Positions 14,401 through 25,174 of a DNA stretch of 64,000 nucleotides are shown piece after piece; position 1 is the first letter of the stretch, and each line of letters begins with the position of its first letter. Under the pieces are notes generated by a model. It had not been told where the DNA came from. It was given only the letters and a program-made list of their open reading frames with translations, and did no database searches. This DNA is from Malacoraja senta (taxonomy: Eukaryota), in contig CM075999.1 in the NCBI GenBank assembly GCA_038087875.1, positions 1,986,001-2,050,000 of the forward strand. Direction: 5' to 3'. A program made the position numbers and the translations under genes.

Positions 14401-17400
14401 GCAGGAGTAGGCCATTCAGCCCTTCGAGCCAGCGCCACCATTCATGGCTGATCATCTAAAATCAGTACCCGTTCCTGCTTTTTCCCCATATCCCTTAATT
14501 ACTTTAGCCCTAAGAGCTAAATCTAACTCTCTTGAAACTGCCTGGCCCGCTGTGTTATTCCAGCTTTTTGTGTCCTACCTTTCGAAGAAAGTGAAGATCT
14601 TTGCAAAAATTGAGGAGTCAACAATAGAGGTACAACAAACAGCAGAATCCTGACCTGAAACATCAGCCGTCCATGTTCACCAGAGATGCTGCCTGATCTG
14701 TTTGAGTTATCCCAGCACTTTGTGTCTTTTTTGGGGGTCTTTGCCCTGGTCTCCAGGTTCTAGGTACACTAACACTATGCTACACACTAGGGACAATTTA
14801 CAATTTTGCCTGTCAATTAAACTACAAACCTGTACGTCTTTGGAGTGTGGGAGGAAAACCACAGATCTCAGCGAAAACCCACGAGGAGAACGTACAAACT
14901 CCGTACAGACAGCACCCGTAGTCAGGATCGAACCTGGGTCTCTGGCGCTGTGAAGGAGTACCTGTACCACTGCGCCACTGTGCTGTGTCTTTGGTAGTGT
15001 TCAGCGTACTATCATATTCCAGGCACCTTTGCGACTCGTGGTCCCCTGGGGATGATATCCTTCCCTCGTTTGAGGGGTGTCTCCACCACACTTGACCCTT
15101 CAATGTCCATCAGGCTAAAGGACATTGGGGAGACTGGTCAATGTTATCATGGAGCTGTAAGATTCATGCATCATAGAGTTCCATGTTTAGTTTAGAGACA
15201 TAGTGCGGGAACAGTGTACGTCGACCAGCGAACCTCACACACTAAAGCTATCCTACACACATTAGGGACGAAAAGTGTTTTGATGCATCTTTGCAAGGAC
15301 CAGTATTTATTTGTTGGAAGGAACTGCAGGTGCTGGTTTACACTGAAAATAGACTCGAAATGCTGGTGTAACTCAGCGGGACAGGCAGTATCTCTGGAGA
15401 GAAGGAATGGGTGACGTTTCAGGAAGGGTCTCGACTGAAATATACTGAAATACTCCATTATATAATTGCTGATTTGAATTGATGCTGATAAGCAGATGGA
15501 ATTCACGACCGAGTGTCCCCCTTTGCAAAACATGTTTGACAATAGTGTGAAGACGGGTTTCGGCACGAAACGTTGCCTATTTCCTTCGCTCCATAGATGC
15601 TGCCGCACCCGCTGAGTTTCTCCAGCACTTTTGATTTTCCAGCATCTGCAGTTCCTTCTTAAACATTTTGACAATAGCGCGGTCAATTTAGCGCTGGCTG
15701 CCTATTCTATCTGGAGCTGTCGCTATTCAATCTTTTTTTTTTCTTTAAATCTTACCAGTTCAAGCAATCAGTGCACAAACAAACAATGAAGTTGTTTGCT
15801 GAGCTGGAAATTAAAAGGAAGGAACGTGAAGCCAAAGACATGCATGAGAGGTATGGAATTGCTTTGAAACTTATGAAACAGTCTGTCTCAAATAAGCTGA
15901 AAATGTTCATCGTGTCTCGGAAATAGACTGCACATGCTGAGCAGTGTGTAATTGACTCTCAGTTCAAAATGAGCTCCTTCAAACTATTCGTATTTCATTG
16001 ATTTTCCAATATATCTTCCAACCCATGCTGCGGTAGAGATGCTGCCTCACAGCGCCAGAGACCTGGGTTCGATCCTGACTACAGGTGCTGTCTGTACGGA
16101 GTTTGTACGTTCTCCCCGTGACCTGCGTGGGTTTTCTCCAAGATCTTCGGTTTCCTCCCACACTCCAAAGACGTGCAGGTTAATTGGCTTGGTATAAGTG
16201 TAAATTGTCCCTAGTGTGTGCAGGAAGTGTTAGTGTGCGGGGATTGCTGGTTGGTGCGGACTAGGTGGGCCGTAGGGCCTGTTTCCGCGCTGTATCTCTA
16301 AACTAAACTAAACACTGAACTCCTTGATACATCGAGTTCTGCAGCATCCAATGTAAAAATGCCATTCTGCTTGAACCCTCTTCCAGCCTTCCAACCCTCT
16401 CTGCTTAATCTTTAGTTTGTCCCTCTTGCCCATCAGTTCATCATTCCCAGATCTGCCAAGCCCCTCAATTCTTAAAATGTATCCCCTTTACTCGAGAGGC
16501 ATCAAGCCAAGGTCAAAGAGACGGATTCTAAGTCGTGGGTTAGTTGTCGGTTATCAACTTTTCGTGCTTTTCATGTTTAGTTTTGAGATACCGCGCGGAA
16601 ACAGGCCCTTCGGCCCACCGGGCCCACGCCGTATACTGGCACTATCCCTCACATCAGGGATAATTTACAATTTTTACCGAAGCCAATTAACCTTTTTTGG
16701 AGTGTGGGATGAAACGGGAAACGGGAGCACCCGGGGAAAGCCCATGCAGATACAGGGAGAACGTTTAAACTTCCTACAGACAGCACCTGTAGTCAGGATT
16801 GAACCCGGGTCTCTGGCACTGTAAGGCAGCAACTCTACCGCTGCGCCGCCGTGCTGCCTCTTGTGTTCTGGAATGCTATGCTACATTAATGACATTAGAA
16901 TGGATGCATGCATTTGAAAACCTACATTTTATTTTTCCGAGCCATTTCTTGATTCAGATTTGTTTTGTTTTTACGTCTTCAAATTGCCAATCCTGTACCC
17001 GTAGAGAGATGTTAAAACTAAAATAAGTCTTTATATCTTTTGCAATTCTCGCTCCTGCTACCAAGTCAAATTGTTACCTTTTTCTTTCCTGTGGTTAATG
17101 ACCAGCTCTGGAATGAAATTGAATGGGTTTTTGGCCATTATCTCATCTCATTAAGGAAATACAATTTTGTGCATGGGTAGGAAGGAACTGCAGATACTGA
17201 TAGGCACAAAATGCTGGATGGAGTAACTCAGCGGGTCAGGCATTATCTCTGATCTACTACAATCTCTATCTACATCTCCGATACTGCCTGACCCGCTGAG
17301 TTACTGCAGTATTTTGTGTCTGTCTTTGTGTTTTCTGACCATTGTGTAGAGGTGGGGAGAGGATGTGGAAATTATCATAACTCTGTGTGTGTGATAGACA

Positions 17401-20400
17401 TTTTGGGTCACCTATTCCATTTCTCCAGATATGCTGCCTGTCCCGCTGAGTTACTCCAGCATTTTGTGTCTACGGATTAAACCAGCATCTGCAGTTCCTT
17501 CCTACACATAACTGTGTGTCTGTGTTGTAATAGATCGAGGACTGAAATCCATTTGATGTTATCCAGCAACAGGCAAACAATATGTTGAATTAATTTTTCA
17601 TTTATTGCATCTATTTTATCATCCAGGAAACGACAAAGAGAAGAGGAAATTGAACAGGAAGAGAAAATCAAACGGGATAAAGAGTGGCAGAAAAATTTTG
17701 AGGTTTGTAAGACCCTACCAATTCCCTGCCTTTATCTCTGGAAAGGTTTATGCACCAATAAATAGTTGTTATGGTCCTCGCTCTTACAGACAATGGCTTT
17801 TGAAAAGGCAATTTAGTTTATTAACTAACTCAACATTGAGGTCCAGTAAATTATGTTTTAAAAAAAGATCAATTTAATGTCTTGAAATGGTCTTAAAATT
17901 GATCTATTTCCGATAGAAAATTAGATGCTAAATTATAAAACAGCAGACTATAATTATAATGCCCAGTGGGTTGCAAGTTCCAAATTTGTATGTAAATTTC
18001 CTTTATGAATTTTAAAGACAATTTCATTTGCATGGTGAGCGAATCTAAGGATGTCAGCAAGCAGGGTGGAGGATATGCCCTCTTCTTCTTGCGAAAGAAA
18101 CACAAATAAACCAAAGGAATAGTTAGATCTCAAGCCGGGTGTTGGGCAGCCAGGTTGTTGTCTCTGTTGGCGTCAATGTCTGCCAGTCCCTGACAGAGCT
18201 CCATTTGGTGGGTGGTAGAGCGGGCACCCAGAGATGACATGGTTGGCTGTCTGTTGTTCTGCTCCGCATTCCAGTCCAGAACCAGGGGCCACAGTTTAAG
18301 AATAAGGGGGAAGCCATTTAGAACGGAGACGAGTAAACGCATTTCCTCACAGAGAGTGGTGAGTCTGTGGAATTCTCTGCCTCACAGGGCGGTGGGGGCA
18401 GGTTCTCTGGATACTTTCAAGAGAGAGCTGGATAGGGCACTTAAAAATAGCGGTCAGGGGATATGGGGAGACCGGGGTACTGATTGGAATGGCGGTGCTG
18501 GCTCGAAGGGCCGAATGGCCTACTCCTGCACCTATTGTCTATTGTCTATTCACAGGCTGGGCTCTGTCGAAGTCCCATCTCCACATGCTGGCATTGAAAC
18601 GCCCAACTCCAGTACCAAGTCTGTGGAGCTTCACCCATGCTCCTCTGGGGGGGGGGGGGCGGGGGGAGATATGCCTCAGGCTGCTGAAGAGGAGATGGTT
18701 TTGTGCTTCAAGTTCAGAGGTGTAACTATCACTAACAATTTGTCCTGGTCTGACCACATTAACGCTCTGGCCAAGGAAGCACACCAATCCCTCTACTTCC
18801 TCAGAAGATTAAGGAAAATTGCTGTGTTTCCAATGACCATAGGCTGTATCCTATCTGGATTTTAATACAGCCTGGTATGGCAATTGCTCTTTCCATGACC
18901 ACAAGAAATTTACAGATGAAGCTGATTTGGGGCGAGGTGGGGAGGTCTTATTGGTCAGAGGTTAGCTTGTAACATAGACTGGGACTGGGCTGCCCAGTCC
19001 CAGTCTATCTTACAGGCTAACCTCTGACTGATAAGACCTCCCCACCTCGCCCCAAATCAGCTTCATCTGTACTTCATGCTTTATCCAGAAAGACTCACAC
19101 TCTGGTCATTCTTCTCCTCTGTCCAGTCAAAAATGTACAAAGGCTTGAGAGCTCGTACCACTAGATTCAAGATCAGCGTCTTCCCCCGCTGTTATCAGAC
19201 ACTTGAACTGAACTCTCACTAGCTAGGGATAAATTCCCCATCTTCCAATCTGCCTTGTTACGGCCCTTGCCCTTTTTTAATTAAAAAAGACACAAGTACT
19301 GGAGGGACTCAGCGGGTCAGGCAGCGTCACTGTAGAACATGGATAGGTGACGTTTTGGGTCAGGACCCCTCTTCAAACTTTGAAGAGAAAAGTTTGAAGA
19401 AGGGTCCCGACCCAAAACGTCACCTATCCATGTTCTACAAAGATGCTGCCTGACCTGTTGAGTTACTCCAGTACTTTGTGTCTTTTTTATTGTAAACCAG
19501 CATCTGCAGATCTGCAATTTCTCTTTGTAACTATCACTATATTCTGCACTCTGTTTATTTATTTATCTATCAATTCCTGATATATTCAGGAATCATTCAG
19601 ATGTGTCTGGATAGCTTGCAAAACAAAGTTCACCATATCTCGGTACACAACAATACAATACCATTTATTGTCATTTGAACCTCAAATGAGGTTCAAACGA
19701 AATTTGGTTTCTGCAGTCATACAAACAAGTAAAAAGAACCAAGACACCACACAGTTTACACAAACATCCATCACAGCGAATCTCCTCCTCACTGTGATGG
19801 AAGGCAAAGTCTTATCTCTCCCCTGCACTCCCCATTCTCCTCCCAATGTCAGAGTCAGAGAGATAAGACTTTGCCTTCCATCACAGCGAGGAGGAGATTC
19901 GCTGTGATGGATGTTTGTGTAAATTGTGTTGTGTCTTGGTTCTTTTTACTTGTTTGTATGACTGCAGAAACCAAATTTCGTTTGAACCTCAATTAAAGCC
20001 GCGCCGGGCGATGCAAGGCCGCGCTCCGGGTCTGGATGTTGGAGCCCCCGGTAGCGCTAGCAAGTCCCGCGGCCATTAAAGCCGCGCCGGGCGATGTTAG
20101 ACCCAGCTCCAGGTCATCTTCAACCCCACAACTCGGGCGGGAGAAGTTGCCGTTGCGGAAGCCCCGAAAAGCGGTCTCCCACCAGGGACCCGCGAGCTCC
20201 CGATGTCGCCGTCCACCAGACCCGCGGCTGGAGCTTCCAAATCTCCGGGGTCGGGTCACAGCCGTGCGTCACCGCAGCTCTCCACGCTCCGAACTCGGCC
20301 AGCTCCACGGTGGTGAGCAGTCCGCAGGCTCCGCGACTGGAGCCCCAGGTCGTTCCGGTTGGAGGCCGCTCCACGGTGCTAGGCCCCAACGACAACGGAG

Positions 20401-23400
20401 ACCCGACAGAGAAAGGTCGGGTCCTCCATACAGGGAAGAGATTTTTTTAAGTCCCCCCCCCCCCCCCGCCCCCCACATATACACAGTTAAAAACAATATA
20501 AAAAAACACAATCAACTACATTTAACTAGACAAAAATAAAAAAAAGACAGACGGACTGCAGTCGAGCCGCTGCCGTTAGGCGTCGCCACTTCCGGAATGA
20601 CAATAATAAGAGTCAGGAGAATCAAGGGTGGTGTGAGTCTCTGATGATGCTGGCTGCCTTTTTGAGGCAGCGACTCCTTTAGGTCCCTTCGATGGTGGGG
20701 AGGTCAGTCCACCACTTCTTGCATTCTTCTTCCTTCCATTGTCGTTTGAGTTGCCAGGCCAAGCTGTGATGCAACCAGTCAACGTGCTCTCTGCTGTACA
20801 CCTGTAGACATTCCATACGATACGATAAAACTTTATTGATCCCCGGGGGGAAATTGTTCTGCCGACAGTCACAACACACAACAAGGTTCACGAAAAACTT
20901 GAAATTAAAAGTGAAAACAAAAAGAAAAGGCCGAGCGACTGTTGTCTGGCTGCCGTGTGCACAGCGCCCTCACCGGAACAAACAAACAAACAAACAAACA
21001 AACAAACACAGGCTTATTGTTTAAGTAGGAACTGCAGATGCTGGAAAATCGAAGATAGACAAAAGTGCTGGAGAAACTCAGCGGGTGCAGCAGCATCTAT
21101 GGAGCGAAGGAAATAGGCAACTTTCGGCCCGAAACGTTGCCTATTTCCTTTGCTCCATAGATGCTGCTGCACCTGCTGAGTTTCTCCAGCACTTTTGTTT
21201 AACACAGACTTATCCACTGGGCAGAGGATTCTAAACCAGAGTGCACCCCCCACAATGGGTCCCCCTTTGTTCTCCCACCGTCCCTCGCGGCCCCCCCCCC
21301 CCCCCACGCCGGGTCCCCATTGTTCTTCACGGCGGATAAACCAATAATAAACCAATGGCAATAACATTAGACAATATGTGCAGGAGTAGGCCATTCAGCC
21401 CTTCGAGCCAGCACCGCCATTCAATGTGATCATGGCTGATCATCCCCAATCAGTACCCCGTTCCTGCCTTCTCCCCATATTCCCTGACTCCGCTATTTTT
21501 AAGAGCCCTATCTAGCTCTCTCTTGAAAGCATCCAGAGAACCTGCCTCCACCACCCTCTGAGGCAGAGAATTTCACAGACTCGCCACTCTCTGTGAGAAA
21601 AAGTGTTTCCTCATCTCCGTTCTAAATGGCTTACTCCTTATTCTTAAACTGTGGCCCCTGGTTCTGGACTCCCCCAACATCGGGAACATGTTTCCTGCCT
21701 CTAGCGTGTCCAAACCCTTAACAATCTTATATGTTTCAATGAGATCCTTCTAAACTCCAGAGTGTACAAGCCCAGCCGCTCCATTCTCTCAGCATATGAC
21801 AGTCCCGCCATCCCGGGAATTAACCTTGTAAACCTACGCTGCACTCCCTCAATAGCAAGAATGTCCTTCCTCAAATTAGGGGACCAAAACTGTATGCAAT
21901 ATTCCAGGTGTGGTCTCATTAGGGCCCTGTACAACTGCAGAAGGACCTCTTTGCTCCTATATTCGATTCCTCTTGTTATAAAGGCCAACATGCCATTCGC
22001 TTTGAACACATTTTATTGGGCTTTGTTTTTTCTGCCAACAGTTTGAGCCCCTCTGTTATTATTGTCATGTGTCCCAGATAGGACAATGACATTCTTACAT
22101 AACTTCTGGGGATTGCCAAGCGAAACATGAGAATACAGAAGTTGCTGTGGAGTTGTTTTGCTTCTCCAATAAGCTTTTCTAAAAAAAGTAATCTTGCTAA
22201 ATGACTCAACCTTCTTCCTTACCACAATACTCTACCCCTCCCCACCAGACTTCCTCTTGGTGTTGAGCTCATCAAGAGGGCAAATGGGAAATTGTTCTAT
22301 ATTTGTCATCTCCGCCCTTACTTTGGTTTGGTTGAGAGACACAGCATGGAACCAGGCCCTTCGGCCCACCAAGTCCACGCCGACCATCGATCACCTGCTC
22401 ACACTATATCTACGTTATCCTACTTTCGCATCCACTCCTTACACACCAGGAGCACTGGATGGGTCCTGACACGACACACACTGAAGAAGGATCTCGACCC
22501 AACGTGTCACCTGTACATTTTCTCCAGAGATGCTGCCCGACCTGCTGAGTTACTCCAGCATTTTGTGTGTATCTTTGACTGGCATGATATTCGTCATGTC
22601 ATTGGGGTTGGAAACACTTTGAGAAGTTTGTAGTGATTGAATCTCCAACAAGAATTACATAGGGATGGCAAAGTAATGCAGTGGTAGAGTTGCTGCCTTA
22701 CCCAGAGACCCCGGTTCGATCCTGACTGCGGGTGCTGTCTGTATGGAGTTTGTACGTTCTCCTTTCTCCAGGCGCTCCGGTTTCCTCCCACACTCCAATG
22801 ACATACAGCTTCGTAGGTTAATTGGCTTTGTTAAAATTGTAAATTGTCTCTAGTGTATAGAATAGTGCTAGTGTACGGGGTGATTGCCGGTCGGCACAGA
22901 CTCAGTGGGCCGTAGGGCATGTTTCCACACTGTATCTCTAAAGTCTAAAGTATATAAGATTATATATAAGTCTACATTATATAAAGCATATAAGATGTAT
23001 AAAATTATAGATAAGTCTAAATTATATAAAGTATATAAGATGTATAAAATTATAGATAAGTCTAAATTATATAAAGTATATAAGATGAAGCATATAAGAT
23101 TGTTAAGGGCTTGGACACGCTCGAGGCAGGAAACATGTTCCCAATGTTGGGGGAGTCCAGAACCAGTGGCCACAGTTTAAGAATAAGAAGTAAGCCATTT
23201 AGAACGGAGACGAGGAATCACTTTTTCCTCACAGAGAGTGGTGAGTCTGTGGAATTCTCTGCCTCAGAGGCGGGTTCTCTGGATACTTTCAAGAGAGAGC
23301 TAGATAGGGCTCTTAAAAATAGCGGAGTCAGAGGATATGGGAAGAAGGCAGGAACGGGGTACTGATTGGGGATGATCAGCCATGATCACATTGAATGGCG

Positions 23401-25174
23401 GTGCTGGCTCGAAGGGCTAAATGGCCTACTCCTGCACCTATGTCTATTGTCTACAGTAAGTTCCAACTGTGCGTCTGTCTGCGTGTTTTGAGTCTTTAAA
23501 ATAGTTTGGGGTTCCCTCATTCCATGTGCGCTAATCTGACTGAATCACTATAGTAAGCAAAGATCCTATAACAAGCAAGATAGACCACTCGACAAAAAAG
23601 ACGTAGTACGGTCATGGGCAGATTCATGATTTTCGGCCCCATTTCCGTAACCGGCTTCCGTCTCCGAACCAAAGATCCCATAGGATACTAGTGCGGAGAC
23701 GGAAGCCGGTTACGGAAACATCCTCGTAAAAATAAAAGTTATTTGGTCAAAATCTTCTCCTCGTTTTCAGAATTTAAATTTATTACCACAAACTGTTCCC
23801 CCGCAACGTTGATTACACTGCGAGTCGGGTCGGGTTACTGAAATGGATGGAAAAAGGCCCACGTTCCGCTCCGTTGCGTACTACACGTCAGCCCATTGCA
23901 TTTAGCAGGAGTGGTCTATCTTGCTTGCTATAGGATCTTTGGTAGTAAGCACCAGAGCAGCTCAGATTTGGGTGTCCTTCACTGTGTATCTGTCTTTAAA
24001 TCTTGCATATCCCCTCTACCCTACCCGCTCCGTCCCCCGCCCCCATCTCTGTTCGGTATTTGAGGGCGTTTCTGTTTCAAAGCTGGTAAATTACTGTAGG
24101 CGGGTGATCTGCTGTGAGTAACAACAAAAATATATTATGTTTCAAAAGTATCCCCAACATGGTGCTGCTCTGAGATCAACCATCAAGAGTAATGCTTTCA
24201 ATCGGAGCTGTATTCAAACTCCTCTCCCAGAAGTATGCTTGCTTTTCTCAGAATAAATGCGGCTTAGTGTCCGTGCCAGATACTTCCGGTGCCATTTACG
24301 GCATAGATTGCAGGGGCTGGGAAGATCCCACTGGATCTTTACAAAGATAGAACGCTGACTGAGATGGTGATGAGTGCATGTCACTTCTATCCTTGCCACC
24401 CATCAATGTGACCGCTGCCTTTCAGAGCATCTGAGCATTCTGCGGATGCAGCAGTAGCTTTTATTTTGAATGCAAAATAGTTCACGTTGTAGGAAGGAAC
24501 CACAGTGGCTGGTTTACACCGAAGATAGACACAAAATGCCGGAGTATCTCAGGAGAGAAGGAATGGGTGCCGTTTCAGGTCGAGACCCTTCAGACGGAGA
24601 GTCAGGGGAGAGGGAGACTGGAGATATGGAAGGGTAAGGTGTCAAAAGGACAGATCATGGCAGATGGTGATCGAGGAAATGCAGAATGGTTCGTTGTTGG
24701 CTGAGGGGAAGATGACAACGAGGCGTACAAACAGTAAAATATTTCAGGTATTCCCTCCCCCCATCCAAGTCATACTAGTTTCTCGTTTTCACCCAACGAA
24801 CAGCATGTTTCCTTTATCATCGTTAATTTTTTGCATATCTTTCATTCGTTGTTCTATATCTCTCGCCATCACCGTCTATATCTCTCGTTTCCCTTTCCTG
24901 TGACTTTCTGAAGAAAGGCCTCGGCCCGAAACGTCACCCATTCCACCTCTCTAGAGACACCGCCTGTTACTCTAGCTTTTTGTGTCTATGTGATAAAGAT
25001 CGGTCGGTCGTGGTCCTCTGTGTTTTTGTGCTAATACCTCTGCATCTTTTGCCACAGGAGAGCAGAGACGGTCGCGTGGACAGCTGGAGGAACTTCCAGG
25101 CCAATAAAAAGACCAAGAAAGAAAAGAAACGGAGTTTTCTCAAGCCCCCCAAAGTCAAAATGGAACAGCGATAA
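2388..25174 (+). CDS. DNAJC8: DnaJ homolog subfamily C member 8, 5'-partial multi-exon CDS: join(2388-2489,4401-4457,7756-7822,9166-9260,12876-12947,15759-15850,17627-17702,25058-25174)
   Basis: Eight GT-AG-bounded exons splice in frame (678 nt, 225 aa + stop) to VKQIEKRDSVLTPKQQIERLTRPGSTYINLNPFE-VLQVDPEATDEELKKRFRQ-LSILVHPDKNQDDPERAQKAFE-AVDKAHKML...-MKEKRKALKKEGK...-FKQSVHKQTMKLFAELEIKRKEREAKDMHER-KRQREEEIEQEEK...WQKNFE-ESRDGRVDSWRNFQ...PPKVKMEQR*. This closely matches vertebrate DNAJC8 as I recall it and includes the J-domain HPD motif. The start-codon exon is not in the window. Confidence 0.97.
3143..3349. mobile_element. Short palindromic Penelope-tail element with 17-bp TSD
   Basis: Inverted arms of about 80 bp; tgaacctgctc(a/t)attgt at 3126-3142 and 3350-3366. 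Confidence 0.85.
4052..4342 (+). mobile_element. V-SINE (HE1-like)
   Basis: tRNA-like head, V-domain and tail as in the other copies. Confidence 0.8.
4401..4457 (+). CDS. DNAJC8: DNAJC8 coding exon (exon 3 equivalent)
   Basis: ccacag|GTA...AGACAG|gtagaa; 57 nt; VLQVDPEATDEELKKRFRQ. Confidence 0.96.
7756..7822 (+). CDS. DNAJC8: DNAJC8 coding exon (exon 4 equivalent), HPD motif
   Basis: ttccag|CTC...GAAG|gtaagg; 67 nt; LSILVHPDKNQDDPERAQKAFE. Confidence 0.96.
7964..8332 (-). mobile_element. CR1 LINE 3' fragment
   Basis: SRTRGHSLRIRG...FFTQRVVNLWNSLP terminus plus 3' UTR matching the 60873 copy; inserted in a Penelope-tail element. Confidence 0.9.
9166..9260 (+). CDS. DNAJC8: DNAJC8 coding exon (exon 5 equivalent)
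   Basis: ccatag|CT...CACAAT|gtaagc; 95 nt; (A)VDKAHKMLMEPEQKKRAIDVIQAARETIEHN. Confidence 0.95.
9752..9967 (+). mobile_element. V-SINE, 3' part replaced by a CR1 insertion
   Basis: Head and V-domain match the other copies. Confidence 0.78.
9968..10257 (+). mobile_element. CR1 LINE 3' fragment
   Basis: Same 3' end as the 56686 and 60873 copies; abuts a truncated V-SINE. Confidence 0.88.
10275..10494. mobile_element. Short palindromic Penelope-tail element with 15-bp TSD
   Basis: Inverted arms of about 92 bp centred at 10367; cctattgtgtgtaag at 10260-10274 and 10495-10509. Confidence 0.88.
10368..10395 (+). ncRNA. Minimal hammerhead-ribozyme-like motif (second subfamily)
   Basis: CTGAAGA-A-GGGT TTCG GCCC-GAAA-CG-TT; UUCG-capped stem II; a mirror copy lies on the - strand immediately upstream. 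Confidence 0.55.
10763..11044. mobile_element. Palindromic Penelope-tail element with a CR1 3' tail at its centre, 12-bp TSD
   Basis: attagaatgaac at 10751-10762 and 11045-11056. Confidence 0.8.
12876..12947 (+). CDS. DNAJC8: DNAJC8 coding exon (exon 6 equivalent)
   Basis: ttttag|ATG...GAAATG|gtaaaa; 72 nt; MKEKRKALKKEGKQGTVEDDDAEM. Confidence 0.94.
13610..14163. mobile_element. Harbinger-type MITE
   Basis: CCTGTCCCACTTAG...CTAAGTGGGACAGGCCCT followed by TTA; internal GTCG repeats; a related right half lies at 39531-39702. Confidence 0.8.
14763..14985 (-). mobile_element. V-SINE (partial)
   Basis: Match to the other copies. Confidence 0.78.
15759..15850 (+). CDS. DNAJC8: DNAJC8 coding exon (exon 7 equivalent)
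   Basis: taccag|TTC...GAGAG|gtatgg; 92 nt; FKQSVHKQTMKLFAELEIKRKEREAKDMHE(R). Confidence 0.96.
16027..16312 (+). mobile_element. V-SINE
   Basis: B box, V-domain, gggcctgtttccgcgctgtatctctaaactaaa tail. Confidence 0.82.
16578..16857 (-). mobile_element. V-SINE
   Basis: Match to the other copies; inverted relative to the 16027 copy in the same DNAJC8 intron. Confidence 0.8.
17627..17702 (+). CDS. DNAJC8: DNAJC8 coding exon (exon 8 equivalent)
   Basis: atccag|G...TTTGAG|gtttgt; 76 nt; KRQREEEIEQEEKIKRDKEWQKNFE. Confidence 0.95.
18700..19210 (+). mobile_element. Rex1/Babar-like LINE 3' fragment
   Basis: FKFRGVTITNNLSWSDHINALAKEAHQSLYFLRRLRK, typical of the RT C-terminus of this clade. Confidence 0.72.
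18911..19071. repeat. 161-bp near-perfect palindrome (80-bp arms, 1-nt centre)
   Basis: tacagatgaagctgatttgggg...gggactgggc T gcccagtccc...ccccaaatcagcttcatctgta. Confidence 0.93.
19640..20597 (-). mobile_element. GC-rich non-autonomous retroposon with LINE-type tail
   Basis: Minus-strand 3' end has a stem-loop (TTTGAACCTCA-T-TTGAGGTTCAAA-like), then ATGACAATAAA and (GTATT)n; a related partial copy lies at about 63320-63600. Confidence 0.55.
19687..19991. repeat. Inverted repeat, arms of about 134 bp, 37-bp spacer
   Basis: 19687-19820 versus the reverse complement of 19858-19991. Confidence 0.92.
21366..22002 (-). mobile_element. CR1 LINE 3' fragment (second subfamily)
   Basis: ORF 21701-22009 KANGMLAFITRGIEYRSKEVLLQLYRALMRPHLEYCIQFW plus CR1 3' UTR. 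Confidence 0.9.
22663..22950 (+). mobile_element. V-SINE
   Basis: Match to the other copies. Confidence 0.8.
22951..23100 (+). repeat. AT-rich 45-bp tandem repeat (about 3 copies)
   Basis: Unit tataaaattatagataagtctaaattatataaagtatataagatg. Confidence 0.85.
23090..23452 (+). mobile_element. CR1 LINE 3' fragment
   Basis: DTLEAGNMFPMLGESRTSGHSLRIR... plus 3' UTR. Confidence 0.88.
23558..23941. mobile_element. Non-autonomous DNA transposon with 33-bp TIRs and 8-bp TSD (P-element- or hAT-like)
   Basis: CAAAGATCCTATAACAAGCAAGATAGACCACTC and its reverse complement (1 mismatch); flanks atagtaag and gtagtaag. Confidence 0.8.
25058..25174 (+). CDS. DNAJC8: DNAJC8 last coding exon
   Basis: ccacag|GAG...CGA TAA; 117 nt; ESRDGRVDSWRNFQANKKTKKEKKRSFLKPPKVKMEQR*. 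Confidence 0.96.
   Translation, partial: ESRDGRVDSWRNFQANKKTKKEKKRSFLKPPKVKMEQR

Noticed and set aside
19993..20539. Several overlapping ORFs or a CpG-island promoter in GC-rich sequence
   Set aside because: The region lies within a repetitive retroposon in a DNAJC8 intron (related copy at about 63320-63600); the open frames are explained by GC content.
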